NCBI GenBank assembly: GCA_049699715.1
Contig: JBNAVB010000001.1
Span: 808 to 64,807, forward strand
DNA length: 64,000 nucleotides
From: Candidatus Pacearchaeota archaeon
Lineage (GTDB): Archaea; Nanobdellota; Nanobdellia; Pacearchaeales; UBA284
Reading direction: 5' to 3'
The notes beneath the pieces were generated by a model. The model made no database searches and was not told the origin of the DNA. It saw only the letters and a program-made list of their open reading frames with translations. Below are positions 9,616-20,729 of this stretch, in pieces (within the stretch, counting starts at the first letter, position 1; each line of letters starts with the position of its first letter). Both the position numbers and the translations under genes were made by a program.

Positions 9616-11439
9616 TTGATGGCAACTAAAGTTGAGATTAAAGTAAAAGTCAGAGAGAAGAAACCAATACAAAAACCCGCGCCAGCTCTCGCTCTCTCGA
9701 ACATAAGGCAGCCAATTGTGACAGTTGCCGGGCATGTCGACCATGGCAAAACCACATTGTTGGATAGCATTCGAGGGACCTGTGTCGCGGCAAAGGAAGC
9801 CGGCAAGATAACACAAAAAATTTCTTTTACTCTTGTGCCTTCATCAATTGTCAGAGAGAGATGCTCTAAATTATTGGATAAATTTAATATTAAGCTTGAG
9901 ATTCCTGGATTTTTGTTTATTGATACTCCCGGGCATGCGGCTTTCACTAACTTGAGAAAAAGAGGAGGCGCTTTAGCCGATTTAGCAATACTAGTTATAG
10001 ATATTAACGAGGGGATTATGGAACAAACTCGCGAGAGCATTGAGGTTCTTAGAGCTAATAAAGTGCCTTTTATTGTTGCGCTGAACAAAATAGACAACAT
10101 TACGGGATGGACAAAACGAAGCGAGAGTTTAGTTGAAAATATAGAAAAACAGACAAAATTCACTCGTGAGGAATTTGACAAGAAACTTTACACGATAATC
10201 AATGGCTTCACAAGTTTAGGATTTGATTCTGATTTGTTTTATAGGATAAGCGATTTTACTAAACAGCTCGCGTTAGTGCCTTGCTCTGCCAAAACTTGTG
10301 AAGGGCTGCCTGAACTGATTGTAATGTTGGCTGGCCTTGCTCAGAAATTCCTGAAAGGAAGATTATTGATAGGGACAGAAGGCAAGGGCACTATACTTGA
10401 AATAAAAAAAGAAAAAGGATTTGTGACAATTGAGGCTGTGCTTTATGACAGCATTTTGACAAAGCGTGATACTTTGGTTATCGCGACTCTTGGAAAAGCT
10501 GTTGAAACCAAAGTACGAGCATTGTTCCGCGCTCTTCCATTAGGGAAAGGTTATGAACCTGCTGATGAAGTGCGAGCGGCAACTGGGATCAGATTATACT
10601 TGCCAATTACCGAAGAACTTGTTCCGGGCATGCCATTTATTGTTGTAAAGGATTCAAAAACAGAAAAAATCGCCAAGTTAAAAGAGTTGCTGCAGAAAGA
10701 GGTTGAGCAGGTTTTGAACCTTGATAAAGAAGGGATTATAGTCAAGGCAGATTCATTAGGCTCTTTAGAAGCTTTGCTGTTCTTGTTGAGAAAAGAGGGA
10801 GTGAGAGTAAAAAAAGCAGAGATTGGCAATATCAAAAGGCAGGATATTACACTTGCTGCGGCTAATCAAGAAACCCGGCCTCTAGAGACAGTCGTTGTGG
10901 GTTTCAATGTTGCACGAGAGGAAGGAGTGATGCCTGATGAAAAAGTCAAGATAATAGAAAGCGATGTCATCTACCATATAATCGAACAGTTAATAAAATG
11001 GCGACAGGAAAAAGCTCTGGAAATTGAACGGGAGAAGCTCGGAGGATTGATATGGCCTTGTAAAATCAAAATCTTAAGAAATTGTTGTTTCAGACAAAGT
11101 AAGCCAGCAATTTTTGGTGTAAGAATCGAAACAGGAATGCTAAAACCGGGAACATTACTGATTAATGAAAATGGCGAGGAAATTGACAAGGTAAAGGGAA
11201 TGCAAAGTGAAAGCAAGAGTGTTGAAAAAGCCATGACTGGCACAGAGCTTGCTATTTCTTTGCCCAATGTAACTTTCGGCAGACAAATTAAAGAAGACGA
11301 GACACTTTATGTAGACTTGGGTGAGGAAGAGTTCCGCAAATGGAAAGAAAACAAGAGATATTTGAACGGGAGCGAGATTAAAGTGCTTCAAGAAGTTGCC
11401 GAGATAAAAAGAAAAACCAAGGCGACCTGGGGGATTTAG
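9616..11439 (+). CDS. infB: Translation initiation factor aIF5B (IF2 homolog)
   Basis: GTPase motifs VAGHVDHGKTTLLD, DTPGH and NKID, and a length (~600 aa) typical of aIF5B. Confidence 0.85.
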   Translation: MMATKVEIKVKVREKKPIQKPAPALALSNIRQPIVTVAGHVDHGKTTLLDSIRGTCVAAKEAGKITQKISFTLVPSSIVRERCSKLLDKFNIKLEIPGFLFIDTPGHAAFTNLRKRGGALADLAILVIDINEGIMEQTRESIEVLRANKVPFIVALNKIDNITGWTKRSESLVENIEKQTKFTREEFDKKLYTIINGFTSLGFDSDLFYRISDFTKQLALVPCSAKTCEGLPELIVMLAGLAQKFLKGRLLIGTEGKGTILEIKKEKGFVTIEAVLYDSILTKRDTLVIATLGKAVETKVRALFRALPLGKGYEPADEVRAATGIRLYLPITEELVPGMPFIVVKDSKTEKIAKLKELLQKEVEQVLNLDKEGIIVKADSLGSLEALLFLLRKEGVRVKKAEIGNIKRQDITLAAANQETRPLETVVVGFNVAREEGVMPDEKVKIIESDVIYHIIEQLIKWRQEKALEIEREKLGGLIWPCKIKILRNCCFRQSKPAIFGVRIETGMLKPGTLLINENGEEIDKVKGMQSESKSVEKAMTGTELAISLPNVTFGRQIKEDETLYVDLGEEEFRKWKENKRYLNGSEIKVLQEVAEIKRKTKATWGI

Positions 11440-11490
11440 CAACTATTGATTTTTAGATAGTTTTTTAAATAATCAAATCGAGAGATTATA

Positions 11491-12000
11491 ATGCAATTCA
11501 AATTAGACATTGGAGATCCTAAGAGCAATAGAACGGTGCACATAGAGACAAATAGCGATGCGTTTATCGGTAAAAAAATAGGAGACACTTTACTAGGAAA
11601 TGTGATTAAAGAGATCCCTGACTTTAAAGATTATGAGTTTGTTATAACCGGAGCGAGTGACAAGGCAGGATTTCCAGCTTTAAGCATTGTTGAAGGAGTT
11701 GGAAGAAAGAGAGTTCTTTTGACTAGAGGAAAAGGAATGAGAACCAAAAAGCCCAAAGGCCTAAGGCTAAGAAAGCTTATTAGGGGGAATACCATTGCAG
11801 AAGATATTATTCAAATCAATCTGAAAGTTTCAAAGCAAGGCACTAGGAGCTTTGATGAAATCTTTGGCAAGAAAGAGGAAAAAGCCGAGGAAAAGAAAGA
11901 AAGTAAAGAAGAAATTAAAAAAGAAGGAGCAGAAGGTGGGGCAAAAGAAGAGACGAAAGAAAACGAGAAGGAAGAAAATGCAGAAGAGAAGAAAGAGTGA
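11491..12000 (+). CDS. rps6e: 30S ribosomal protein S6e with a Lys/Glu-rich C-terminal tail
   Basis: MQFKLDIGDPKS...GKKIGDT..G..V.ITGASDKAGFP...GVGRKRVLLTRGKGMR matches the eS6 family. The C-terminus is low-complexity KEEKAEEKKESKEE. Confidence 0.8.
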   Translation: MQFKLDIGDPKSNRTVHIETNSDAFIGKKIGDTLLGNVIKEIPDFKDYEFVITGASDKAGFPALSIVEGVGRKRVLLTRGKGMRTKKPKGLRLRKLIRGNTIAEDIIQINLKVSKQGTRSFDEIFGKKEEKAEEKKESKEEIKKEGAEGGAKEETKENEKEENAEEKKE

Positions 12001-12093
12001 TTATTGACTTTTTCTAAATAAATCTTTATATAAGGAACTATTCTCAAATTGCTTGTGGCATAAGGAAATCTTAAATATTCAGATTCGTGAGAA

Positions 12094-13116
12094 ATGGGAA
12101 AATTCAATTCTCTTAACTTGAATCTTGAGAAAATCTTGGCTAAAGAAACAATTGTTCTGATGGATGCATCGTTTCTAACAAAGCGGAGGAACTTTTTCCG
12201 TGGGCTCTATGACAAAACCTCTTACAAAGAATTGGACGAGTACTCGCTTCGGAAAAATATAGAAATAATAAAGAAAGATTTGGAAGTTTTGAACAAACCC
12301 AAAATTATGGTTTTAGAGGAAACTTTAGAAGAATTGGTGGCGTTCCAAAAAATAATAAGCAGAAAAGCGTGTTATTTTAATTCAATGAGGAGATTTAACG
12401 GCGAGCTGGATAAAGAAAGTATTGACAATAAAAAGAGACTCTTTGAAGAGATATGTTTGCTTTCTTTAGAGAGAACAAAGATAGCAAAACAAAAAATTTA
12501 CAGACCCAAAAAAACCGAATGTTACGAGGCGTTTCTGGAGATTGTTAGAATAATAACAACTTCGGAGAAACTAAAGGGGCCGAAGAACTTCCCTGAGTGG
12601 TATAAAGCAAAGTCTTACCGGAAAGGGCCACTGAATCTACACACTGATGAAAAAATTATCGCGGCATTGCTAGAATCCATGTATGGTAAGCCTATTGCGG
12701 CTATAGGGAAAGATTACCATTTGAAAACTATCTTCAAGGAAGTTTGCGAGCTTTTGTTGTGCAAGGAACTTATGCCATATAACCACAGATTCTCACGATT
12801 AGCAAAAAAGAAGCCCGCTTCGCTCTATTATTACAACAGGCATTTTGACAAGGGAGAAATTTATTTTTTCAGAGAAAACCTCAACCCCGGATGGTATCTT
12901 TTTAGGACCTGGCATTTTAGTGGCAGAGAAAATTTCAAACTGATTTGCCCCTACGAAGAAGCTAGAAAAAAATATTTTATAGATATTGAACAACAGGAAG
13001 ACATAGCTAATGAAGCGGGTGAAAATGATAAAAAACTGAGGGAATTAAAAGCAAGGCATACAATCATAGACAATCTGATTAAAATTGACAAAGCAGACAA
13101 ACAGTGCACTTTTTAA
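12094..13116 (+). CDS. Hypothetical protein (possible PIN-like N-terminal domain)
   Basis: 340-aa ORF. The N-terminal ETIVLMDASFL...VLEETLEEL loosely resembles PIN acidic motifs; no firm assignment. Confidence 0.35.
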   Translation: MGKFNSLNLNLEKILAKETIVLMDASFLTKRRNFFRGLYDKTSYKELDEYSLRKNIEIIKKDLEVLNKPKIMVLEETLEELVAFQKIISRKACYFNSMRRFNGELDKESIDNKKRLFEEICLLSLERTKIAKQKIYRPKKTECYEAFLEIVRIITTSEKLKGPKNFPEWYKAKSYRKGPLNLHTDEKIIAALLESMYGKPIAAIGKDYHLKTIFKEVCELLLCKELMPYNHRFSRLAKKKPASLYYYNRHFDKGEIYFFRENLNPGWYLFRTWHFSGRENFKLICPYEEARKKYFIDIEQQEDIANEAGENDKKLRELKARHTIIDNLIKIDKADKQCTF

Positions 13117-13173
13117 GAATATTGTTGTCACTTTAAAGGAAAGATTTAAATATATCTGAAGACCCTGTTTTTT

Positions 13174-13443
13174 ATGGCAAAAACAATACATAAGACTATC
13201 GAGATGATACTCGAAGATGGGGAAAGATATATAGCTGAGAGTAAAGACGACAAGTATTTTGTTTATCCAGAAGAGTTTCTTATTATACTGCAAGAGGCTT
13301 TAAATGAGGGCCTTGGCCCGGGAAGAGAGTTCCTCAAGTTAAACAGGATGCAAGAAAAGGGTAATTATGTCCATGATATTATGTACAGAGGGATTAATTT
13401 TATCACAGCTACGCCAAAAATGATTAAAGTTGATTATGAATAG
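13174..13443 (+). CDS. Hypothetical small protein
   Basis: 89-aa ORF in a tandem same-strand series; no motif. Confidence 0.3.
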   Translation: MAKTIHKTIEMILEDGERYIAESKDDKYFVYPEEFLIILQEALNEGLGPGREFLKLNRMQEKGNYVHDIMYRGINFITATPKMIKVDYE

Positions 13444-13461
13444 TTAAATAGAGAAATAAAA

Positions 13462-13836
13462 ATGTCGCTAGCAAATTTAGTTTCGATATTGAGTTTATTT
13501 TCGCAAGCAAGTCAACCAATTGTGTATGAATTAATACTGCCCAAAGGCAAGTTGTGGGATATCAGCAGGGAATATGGAGTTAAGGAGCAGGTTGTCTCGT
13601 TAAACGCGGATTCTACACAAGACATTATTTATAGAAGGATAAATGAGGAAGGCGAAGCTACAATAGTTGATTTTGGAAAAGACGGAAAAGTGGATTATGT
13701 TTTGGTTGTAGATGGAAAAAATAATGAAATTAGGAATTACAATTCGAAAAATAAAAAAGATGAGCCAGGAATCATTGCAGCTGAAAACCTTTTGAAGGAC
13801 GTAATGAATTTTCTGAAAGGATCTCAAAAGAAATAA
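13462..13836 (+). CDS. Hypothetical small protein
   Basis: 124-aa ORF with an N-terminal hydrophobic stretch; no motif. Confidence 0.3.
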   Translation: MSLANLVSILSLFSQASQPIVYELILPKGKLWDISREYGVKEQVVSLNADSTQDIIYRRINEEGEATIVDFGKDGKVDYVLVVDGKNNEIRNYNSKNKKDEPGIIAAENLLKDVMNFLKGSQKK

Positions 13837-13837
13837 A

Positions 13838-14065
13838 ATGACGGAAGAAAGAACAAAGGAAAATTCGGGATTGGTTGCAATAACAAACATGGCGATTCCA
13901 ATAGAATTTGACACTTTCTGCGATGCTTTGAGATTGGGGGGTAAGCTTGTTTTGAAAAATGGGTTTCAGAAACATGAGAACGGGAATTATTTCCATGTTT
14001 TAGATTATAAAGGAACGACTTATATCACAACAACCGATTATCCTGTTATGGATTTCTTGATTTAA
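13838..14065 (+). CDS. Hypothetical small protein
   Basis: 75-aa ORF whose start overlaps the previous stop (ATGA-type coupling). Confidence 0.3.
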   Translation: MTEERTKENSGLVAITNMAIPIEFDTFCDALRLGGKLVLKNGFQKHENGNYFHVLDYKGTTYITTTDYPVMDFLI

Positions 14066-14105
14066 CTTCAATAAGATTTAAAAGTTCTCTTTCTTTTGTT
14101 CTGGG

Positions 14106-15344
14106 ATGCAAGAATCTCAAATCACCTTGACAAAACAACCATTGCTTAACATTGGGATAGTCGGGCATATAGACCATGGCAAGACCACTTTACTTTATCA
14201 GCTTACAGGGGTATGGGCTGACAAGCATAGTGAAGAGCTGAAGAGAGGCATAACAATCAAGTTAGGCTATGCTGACATAATTATCAGGAAATGTGAGAAA
14301 TGTAACAAATTTATTACGGGCAAGGAATGTGAATGCGGTGGCAAAGCTCGCGATATAGAGTATGTAAGTTTTGTTGATGCCCCCGGTCATGAGATGCTGA
14401 TGGCTACTATGCTCGGAGGCGCGGCTATAATTGATGCTGCATTGCTAGTAATTGCGGCTAATGAGCCTTTTCCTCAGCCTCAGACAAAAGAACATTTGCT
14501 CGCATTAGAAGCAAAAGGCATCAAACAGGTTATAATTGTTCAGAACAAACTTGATTTAGTTACAAAAGAACAGGCATTGAAACAATATAAGGAGATTAGG
14601 GCGTTTATCAAAGGAACGAGTGCGGAAAATGCAGTTATCGTTCCTATATGCGCGCAACAATCCATTAATATTGATGCGCTGCTTGAAGCGATAACACAGC
14701 TAAAAGTTCCACAGAGGGATGAGAAATCCAAACCATTGTTCTTGGTGGCTCGCTCATTTGATATCAATAAGCCAGGAACCAGGCCCAAGGATCTCCAAGG
14801 AGGTGTGTTAGGAGGCACTTTGAAGCAAGGCATTCTGAAAGTTGGCGATGAGATTGAAATCAAGCCGGGATTGTCTTCAAAAAAGCATGACCAGACAATT
14901 TACAAAACTATCAAAACTAAAATTTTAGCGATAAGGGCCGGGCATAATGATTTGAAAGAAGCTTTGCCCTCTGGCAGTTTGGCCATACAAACGAGCTTGG
15001 ATCCTTTTTTGACAAAAGCGGATTCATTGGCTGGCTGCATTTCTGGTTTAGTGGGCTCGCTGCCGGAAATTGTCTATAAAATAACCATCAAAGCAAACAT
15101 TTTCAAGGAAATTGTCGGAGCGAAAGAGAAAGAGGCTATCAAAATCGAGCCGCTTAAAACCAACGAGTTCTTAATGCTCAGTGCAAACACTGCTACTACC
15201 GTAGGGACTATAACAAAAATCAAGGGCAATGATATAGAGCTTGTGTTGAAGATTCCTATAGTTCCATTTAAAGGTGAGCGAGTTGGCTTGGCTCGTAACT
15301 ATCAGGGCCATTGGAGATTGATTGGCTGGGGCGAATTGCTGTAA
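14106..15344 (+). CDS. Translation initiation factor aIF2 gamma subunit
   Basis: G-domain GIVGHIDHGKTTL, zinc ribbon CEKCNKF...CECGG inside the G domain, DAPGHE and NKLD motifs; ~410 aa. Confidence 0.85.
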   Translation: MQESQITLTKQPLLNIGIVGHIDHGKTTLLYQLTGVWADKHSEELKRGITIKLGYADIIIRKCEKCNKFITGKECECGGKARDIEYVSFVDAPGHEMLMATMLGGAAIIDAALLVIAANEPFPQPQTKEHLLALEAKGIKQVIIVQNKLDLVTKEQALKQYKEIRAFIKGTSAENAVIVPICAQQSINIDALLEAITQLKVPQRDEKSKPLFLVARSFDINKPGTRPKDLQGGVLGGTLKQGILKVGDEIEIKPGLSSKKHDQTIYKTIKTKILAIRAGHNDLKEALPSGSLAIQTSLDPFLTKADSLAGCISGLVGSLPEIVYKITIKANIFKEIVGAKEKEAIKIEPLKTNEFLMLSANTATTVGTITKIKGNDIELVLKIPIVPFKGERVGLARNYQGHWRLIGWGELL

Positions 15345-15402
15345 AGCAAAATATGTTTTCTCGAGCATAAATTGTTTTAAAGAAGCTTTAGTTGTTATTG
15401 TA

Positions 15403-15786
15403 ATGCCAAAATACAAATGCGGAGTTTGCGGCGAGGATGCGACTCATATTGCTGTAATTTATTATTCTTTCCCGCAGGATATAAGTGTTTCAACTGAACA
15501 TTTAACTTGTTCAGACAAAAACTGCCAAGATATAATCAGCATAGAGATAGTTGAAGGCTCGAGAAACAAGGAAGTTAGGATTTATCCCCTTAATATGAGT
15601 TCTTTAAAACAAATTCCTTATCAAGAAGAAAGAGCAAGATTAAAGGAAATTATCCTACAATGTGACTTGACTCGCGGACTCGAAAACAGAGCATCGCAGA
15701 GCTCAAGGCAAACAAAACAAGACAAATCCATTGCGAGAGAGCTAAGCCAAGGAAAATTGTTTCATACTCGCGAAGAAAGTCATTGA
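15403..15786 (+). CDS. Hypothetical small Cys-rich protein (start taken at internal Met; 3' part overlaps the convergent Lgt-like gene)
   Basis: MPKYKCGVCGED...CSDKNC zinc-ribbon-like pattern. A 136-bp convergent overlap with the Lgt-like ORF makes the C-terminal part doubtful. Confidence 0.25.
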   Translation: MPKYKCGVCGEDATHIAVIYYSFPQDISVSTEHLTCSDKNCQDIISIEIVEGSRNKEVRIYPLNMSSLKQIPYQEERARLKEIILQCDLTRGLENRASQSSRQTKQDKSIARELSQGKLFHTREESH

Positions 15787-16444
15787 AGAAGCGGAAAAAG
15801 GAATAGAAGAGCAAGAAAAACAGAAAAAGCGAGCTAGGGTTTTCTAAAAGTTTTTTGAATCTCGTGTCGCGGCCTTTTTCTCTGATTTTTTTGAATCCAA
15901 GAAGAATAAAAAACGATGCAAGCGAGTAAAGAGATTCATAGAGCTGCGTTGGATGTCTCGCGAAATCGTCGCCAACTTTAATTGCCCAAGGCAACTGCGA
16001 TACTGAACCATAATCATCCCAGTTCAAGAAACAGCCAACTCGAGTTATTGCTATGGCGAGCAAAAGATAAGGAGCAACTAAATCAAGAATCTGTGTAAAA
16101 GTTATGTCTTTTTGCTTTCTTGTGTAAAGCCACACAAACAACAAGCTAAGAAAAGTGCCGTAACTTGTTATTCCTCCTTGCCACGTCGCTATAATCTCAA
16201 CGGGGTTTGCGATAAAATATGCAAGATGTTCCAGAACAAACACTAAACGAGGGCCAATAATTGCGCCTATCAAAACGAGCAAGGCAATATTATAGAGGTG
16301 TTTATCTTGAATTTTTTGTTTTTTGGCTTCTCGCCAGATTAACAATAAAGCTACAAGAAAGCCTATGACAAACATAAAACCCCAAGTGAACACTTTGAAG
16401 CTTCCTATCTGGAATAAAATGTGTAAGGGCTCAAATGAAATCAT
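15650..16444 (-). CDS. lgt: Prolipoprotein diacylglyceryl transferase (Lgt) family membrane protein
   Basis: Seven TM helices; HILFQIGSFKVFTWG at the N-terminus, GAIIGPRLVFVLEH and the Lgt-signature-like ITRVGCFLNWDDYG (cf. RxGxFxNxExxG) with a following HPTQLYES block. Confidence 0.5.
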   Translation of the reverse strand: MISFEPLHILFQIGSFKVFTWGFMFVIGFLVALLLIWREAKKQKIQDKHLYNIALLVLIGAIIGPRLVFVLEHLAYFIANPVEIIATWQGGITSYGTFLSLLFVWLYTRKQKDITFTQILDLVAPYLLLAIAITRVGCFLNWDDYGSVSQLPWAIKVGDDFARHPTQLYESLYSLASFFILLGFKKIREKGRDTRFKKLLENPSSLFLFFLLFYSFFRFFNDFLREYETIFLGLALSQWICLVLFALSSAMLCFRVRESSHIVG

Positions 16445-16658
16445 AAAATAAAAAAAGAAAAGGGCTATAAAAAGTTATCTTTTAATTTTATTTGTTCAGT
16501 ATTCTGAATAAAATTTGTAAAAATAATGAAAATATCATCGATATCTTGAAAATACTAAAAGACAGGTAAAATACTAAGGGACAGATAAAAAATTTTCAGA
16601 CAATTGCAGACAATTTCGTCGTAGGAACTTCAAAAAGCTAAGCAATTACTTTTATCTT

Positions 16659-16904
16659 TTATTTTTCTCCTAGCCATATTTTTTCGAGCTGTTCTTTTTG
16701 ATAGCGCAATTTCTCATATTTCTTTTTATATTCCTCAAGTTCAGATGAATAACCTTGTTTCTCTAATTCAACTATTCTTTTTAAAAAAATTTCTTCTGGT
16801 TCGGAGTTATAAACAGCCGGAGCTTTCAAACTTCTTTTCATGGCTCCAAGCAATTCAGTCAACTCTGCTTTGAGTTCTTTCGGCAATTTTTGTTTTGATT
16901 CCAT
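16659..16904 (-). CDS. Hypothetical small charged helical protein
   Basis: 81-aa Lys/Glu-rich ORF, divergent from the ImmA-like gene. Confidence 0.3.
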   Translation of the reverse strand: MESKQKLPKELKAELTELLGAMKRSLKAPAVYNSEPEEIFLKRIVELEKQGYSSELEEYKKKYEKLRYQKEQLEKIWLGEK

Positions 16905-17018
16905 TTAATTTAAGTTTCCTTTGAGTTTTATATAGTTATTATACTACTATCAGATAGTAACAAATAGAAAGATTTAAATAGGGGTTTTGCCTCTATATTT
17001 TATAATAATTGATATAAA

Positions 17019-17393
17019 ATGGCAGAACAAGTCTTACATTATTTTGGAAGAAAAGTTTGGAGAAGAATCTTAGAGGAAACCTTAGAGGATTATGACATAC
17101 AATACAAAAAAGGGCCTTTTTATATAAAAGAAGAAGAACTGAGAACAAAGAATCATAGATATCGTACTGATAATGGATATATCGATGATGAAAAGGGGAT
17201 TATTGTTATTAACTGTGATTTGCCAAGAGATGAAAGAGAGATAACTCTGAATCATGAGCTGATCCATGGGAGATATCCAAATTTAAGCGAAAAGAAAGTG
17301 GAAAATTTGGCTCTGGAATTGTTCAACAAATATCAAATTGGTTATGATTTTTATAAATCGAGAAAACAAAAAACGAAAGGCAAAGAAAAATGA
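17019..17393 (+). CDS. ImmA/IrrE-like HExxH zinc-metallopeptidase mini-protein
   Basis: EITLNHELIHGRYP resembles the (R)FTLAHELGH core of COG2856/ImmA-IrrE peptidases. Stop overlaps the next start (ATGA). Confidence 0.35.
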   Translation: MAEQVLHYFGRKVWRRILEETLEDYDIQYKKGPFYIKEEELRTKNHRYRTDNGYIDDEKGIIVINCDLPRDEREITLNHELIHGRYPNLSEKKVENLALELFNKYQIGYDFYKSRKQKTKGKEK

Positions 17394-18697
17394 GCAAAGA
17401 AAGAGAATTGAAAAGGAAACTGAAAAGTTGTTATAGAATTATTGAAAACGCGCAAAAGGATAGTGAGAAATATACCCTAAATGGCATTTTTAGAATGCTA
17501 GATGATCTTTATGAGGCGAAAAAAAAGATAGTTGAAATAGAAAAGGATTTGTCCCCATTCTCTCGGCCGCATCCACTTTTGGGTTTCTTTATAGGCATTG
17601 ATGCCGGAAGCTCTAAAGAGCTGGAAGAACTAGGAATTCAGAGTAATAAACAAATTTTAGATAGTGTAGTAGCAAATGAAATTTTGAATAGGATAATTAA
17701 CTATAACAAAGGAGCATTCCAAAATTTTGATGAACATTTAGAGTTTTTTTTAATGCAGAAGGATCCAGAAAGATTAAAAAGCAAAAGGAAAGAGAAAAAA
17801 AGTTTTTTTGATTTTTTGAGGGGGAATAAGAATAGCCAGATTGAAGATGAAAATGAAGATAAAAATGGGAAATACACGCTTAAAAATATTTTAGAAGAAA
17901 AATTTGAACTTAATAAAGAAAAATTAAAAAACTATTTTAATAATTTTGTAGAGCACTACTATGCTGCTCTAACAACCAATTTAAAGAAATTGTCTGGAGA
18001 ACTGAATGAATTAACACTTTTAGAAGAATTCGATTTCCTAAAGAAAATTTTAGATAAATTGAAAGAAATAGGCCTCGAAAAAAAGGTATATGTAAAGGAA
18101 GGGACTAAAGAAAGATACCTTGAGGATAAAGAAATCTTGGATATGGCAATTAGTTATGCTGAAAAGGAGTTGTCTTTTATAGAAAAAAATATTTTTTTAA
18201 TTAATGACTATAATTTTGAAAAATTTTTCTTTCAAGACGAAGTTCAAGAGCATTATGATTTCCTGAAAGATTTTGTCAAGGAACACAATGATGGGAGTTA
18301 TGTTAACCTTGTTGAAAGAATAAATAAAATTGGTGAAATTGTAGAAGTTAAGAAGAAAGACTTTTCAGAAAAATTGGGGAAAGTTCAGGATGGGCTTGAA
18401 AAAAGAGCTTTGGAAGAAGCAACTAAAGGAAATTCTTATTATAAGTCGGTGCTCAACGAATTTATTGGCCTTTCAATCAAATATAGCAAGGTTTTAGAAG
18501 AAGATGATAAAGAAATTGGAATTTTACCTAATCTTTATGATCCGGATGTTCACATTTCCGTAAATAATAAAAATCAAGGAGGAGTTTTGCCTCTCTATGG
18601 TCTTTATAAGAATTCCGGGGAGGGGAGTCTTGTTAGAACAGTTTTAGATATTGAACTAAACTACATAAGAAATAAAAATAAAACTCATGATAATTGA
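17390..18697 (+). CDS. Hypothetical Lys/Glu-rich coiled-coil protein, translationally coupled to the upstream HExxH protein
   Basis: 435-aa ORF with an ATGA overlap to the previous gene; predicted helical, no enzymatic motif recognised. Confidence 0.4.
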   Translation: MSKERELKRKLKSCYRIIENAQKDSEKYTLNGIFRMLDDLYEAKKKIVEIEKDLSPFSRPHPLLGFFIGIDAGSSKELEELGIQSNKQILDSVVANEILNRIINYNKGAFQNFDEHLEFFLMQKDPERLKSKRKEKKSFFDFLRGNKNSQIEDENEDKNGKYTLKNILEEKFELNKEKLKNYFNNFVEHYYAALTTNLKKLSGELNELTLLEEFDFLKKILDKLKEIGLEKKVYVKEGTKERYLEDKEILDMAISYAEKELSFIEKNIFLINDYNFEKFFFQDEVQEHYDFLKDFVKEHNDGSYVNLVERINKIGEIVEVKKKDFSEKLGKVQDGLEKRALEEATKGNSYYKSVLNEFIGLSIKYSKVLEEDDKEIGILPNLYDPDVHISVNNKNQGGVLPLYGLYKNSGEGSLVRTVLDIELNYIRNKNKTHDN

Positions 18698-18863
18698 ATG
18701 AATAGTAATTGAAGGAATTGTTTTTAGAGGTGTGCTGCATGATCTATTCTATATGATTTATTCGGATTTTAATTCTCAAACGCTACTTATTATCTAGTGT
18801 GTTAATAATCTTTGAAAATTAATAATTATTGAAAACCATGCACCAGTGAAAAACCAGCGAAAG

Positions 18864-18873
18864 CTTTATAAAT
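18864..18873 (+). promoter_or_regulatory. Candidate archaeal TATA box for the rRNA operon
   Basis: ctTTATAAAT about 200 nt upstream of the mature 16S 5' end, in the rRNA leader; position only loosely constrained. Confidence 0.2.
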
Positions 18874-19077
18874 TATAAACGCGCGTGGATTATACTAAAA
18901 TGTCACGAATGAGTGCCTTAATAGTCATACAAGTTAAGGTATGATGTTGTAATGGCAGTTATTCGTGAACTCGACGATTCTTTTAGAATAATGTAAGAAT
19001 TAAGTTAATGAGATGGGACAATTGCGGCTCAATTGTCTTTTTCGATGACTTGCTTAATGATTGCGACACCCAAATTA

Positions 19078-20535
<1,458 letters not shown>

Positions 20536-20729
20536 ATAAATTTTCTTTAAAAAAAGAAAATTTATATGGCAAATAAAATTAAAAAATCGGAGATAGTCGA
20601 TAGCGAGACTGCCTTTACAACAAATTTTTTAGGAAAGAAAAGTTAATTAAGGAAGCACCTAAAAAAATTTTATCAATAAAAAATCAAAAAATAAAAACTT
20701 TAAAAAGCTACAAGCTCTGAAAATAAGGA

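Noticed and set aside
9445-11442. Minus-strand ORFs overlapping infB (9445..9816, 9591..10181, 10551..10835, 10971..11267, 11155..11442)
   Set aside because: Antisense to the strongly supported aIF5B gene; no motifs.
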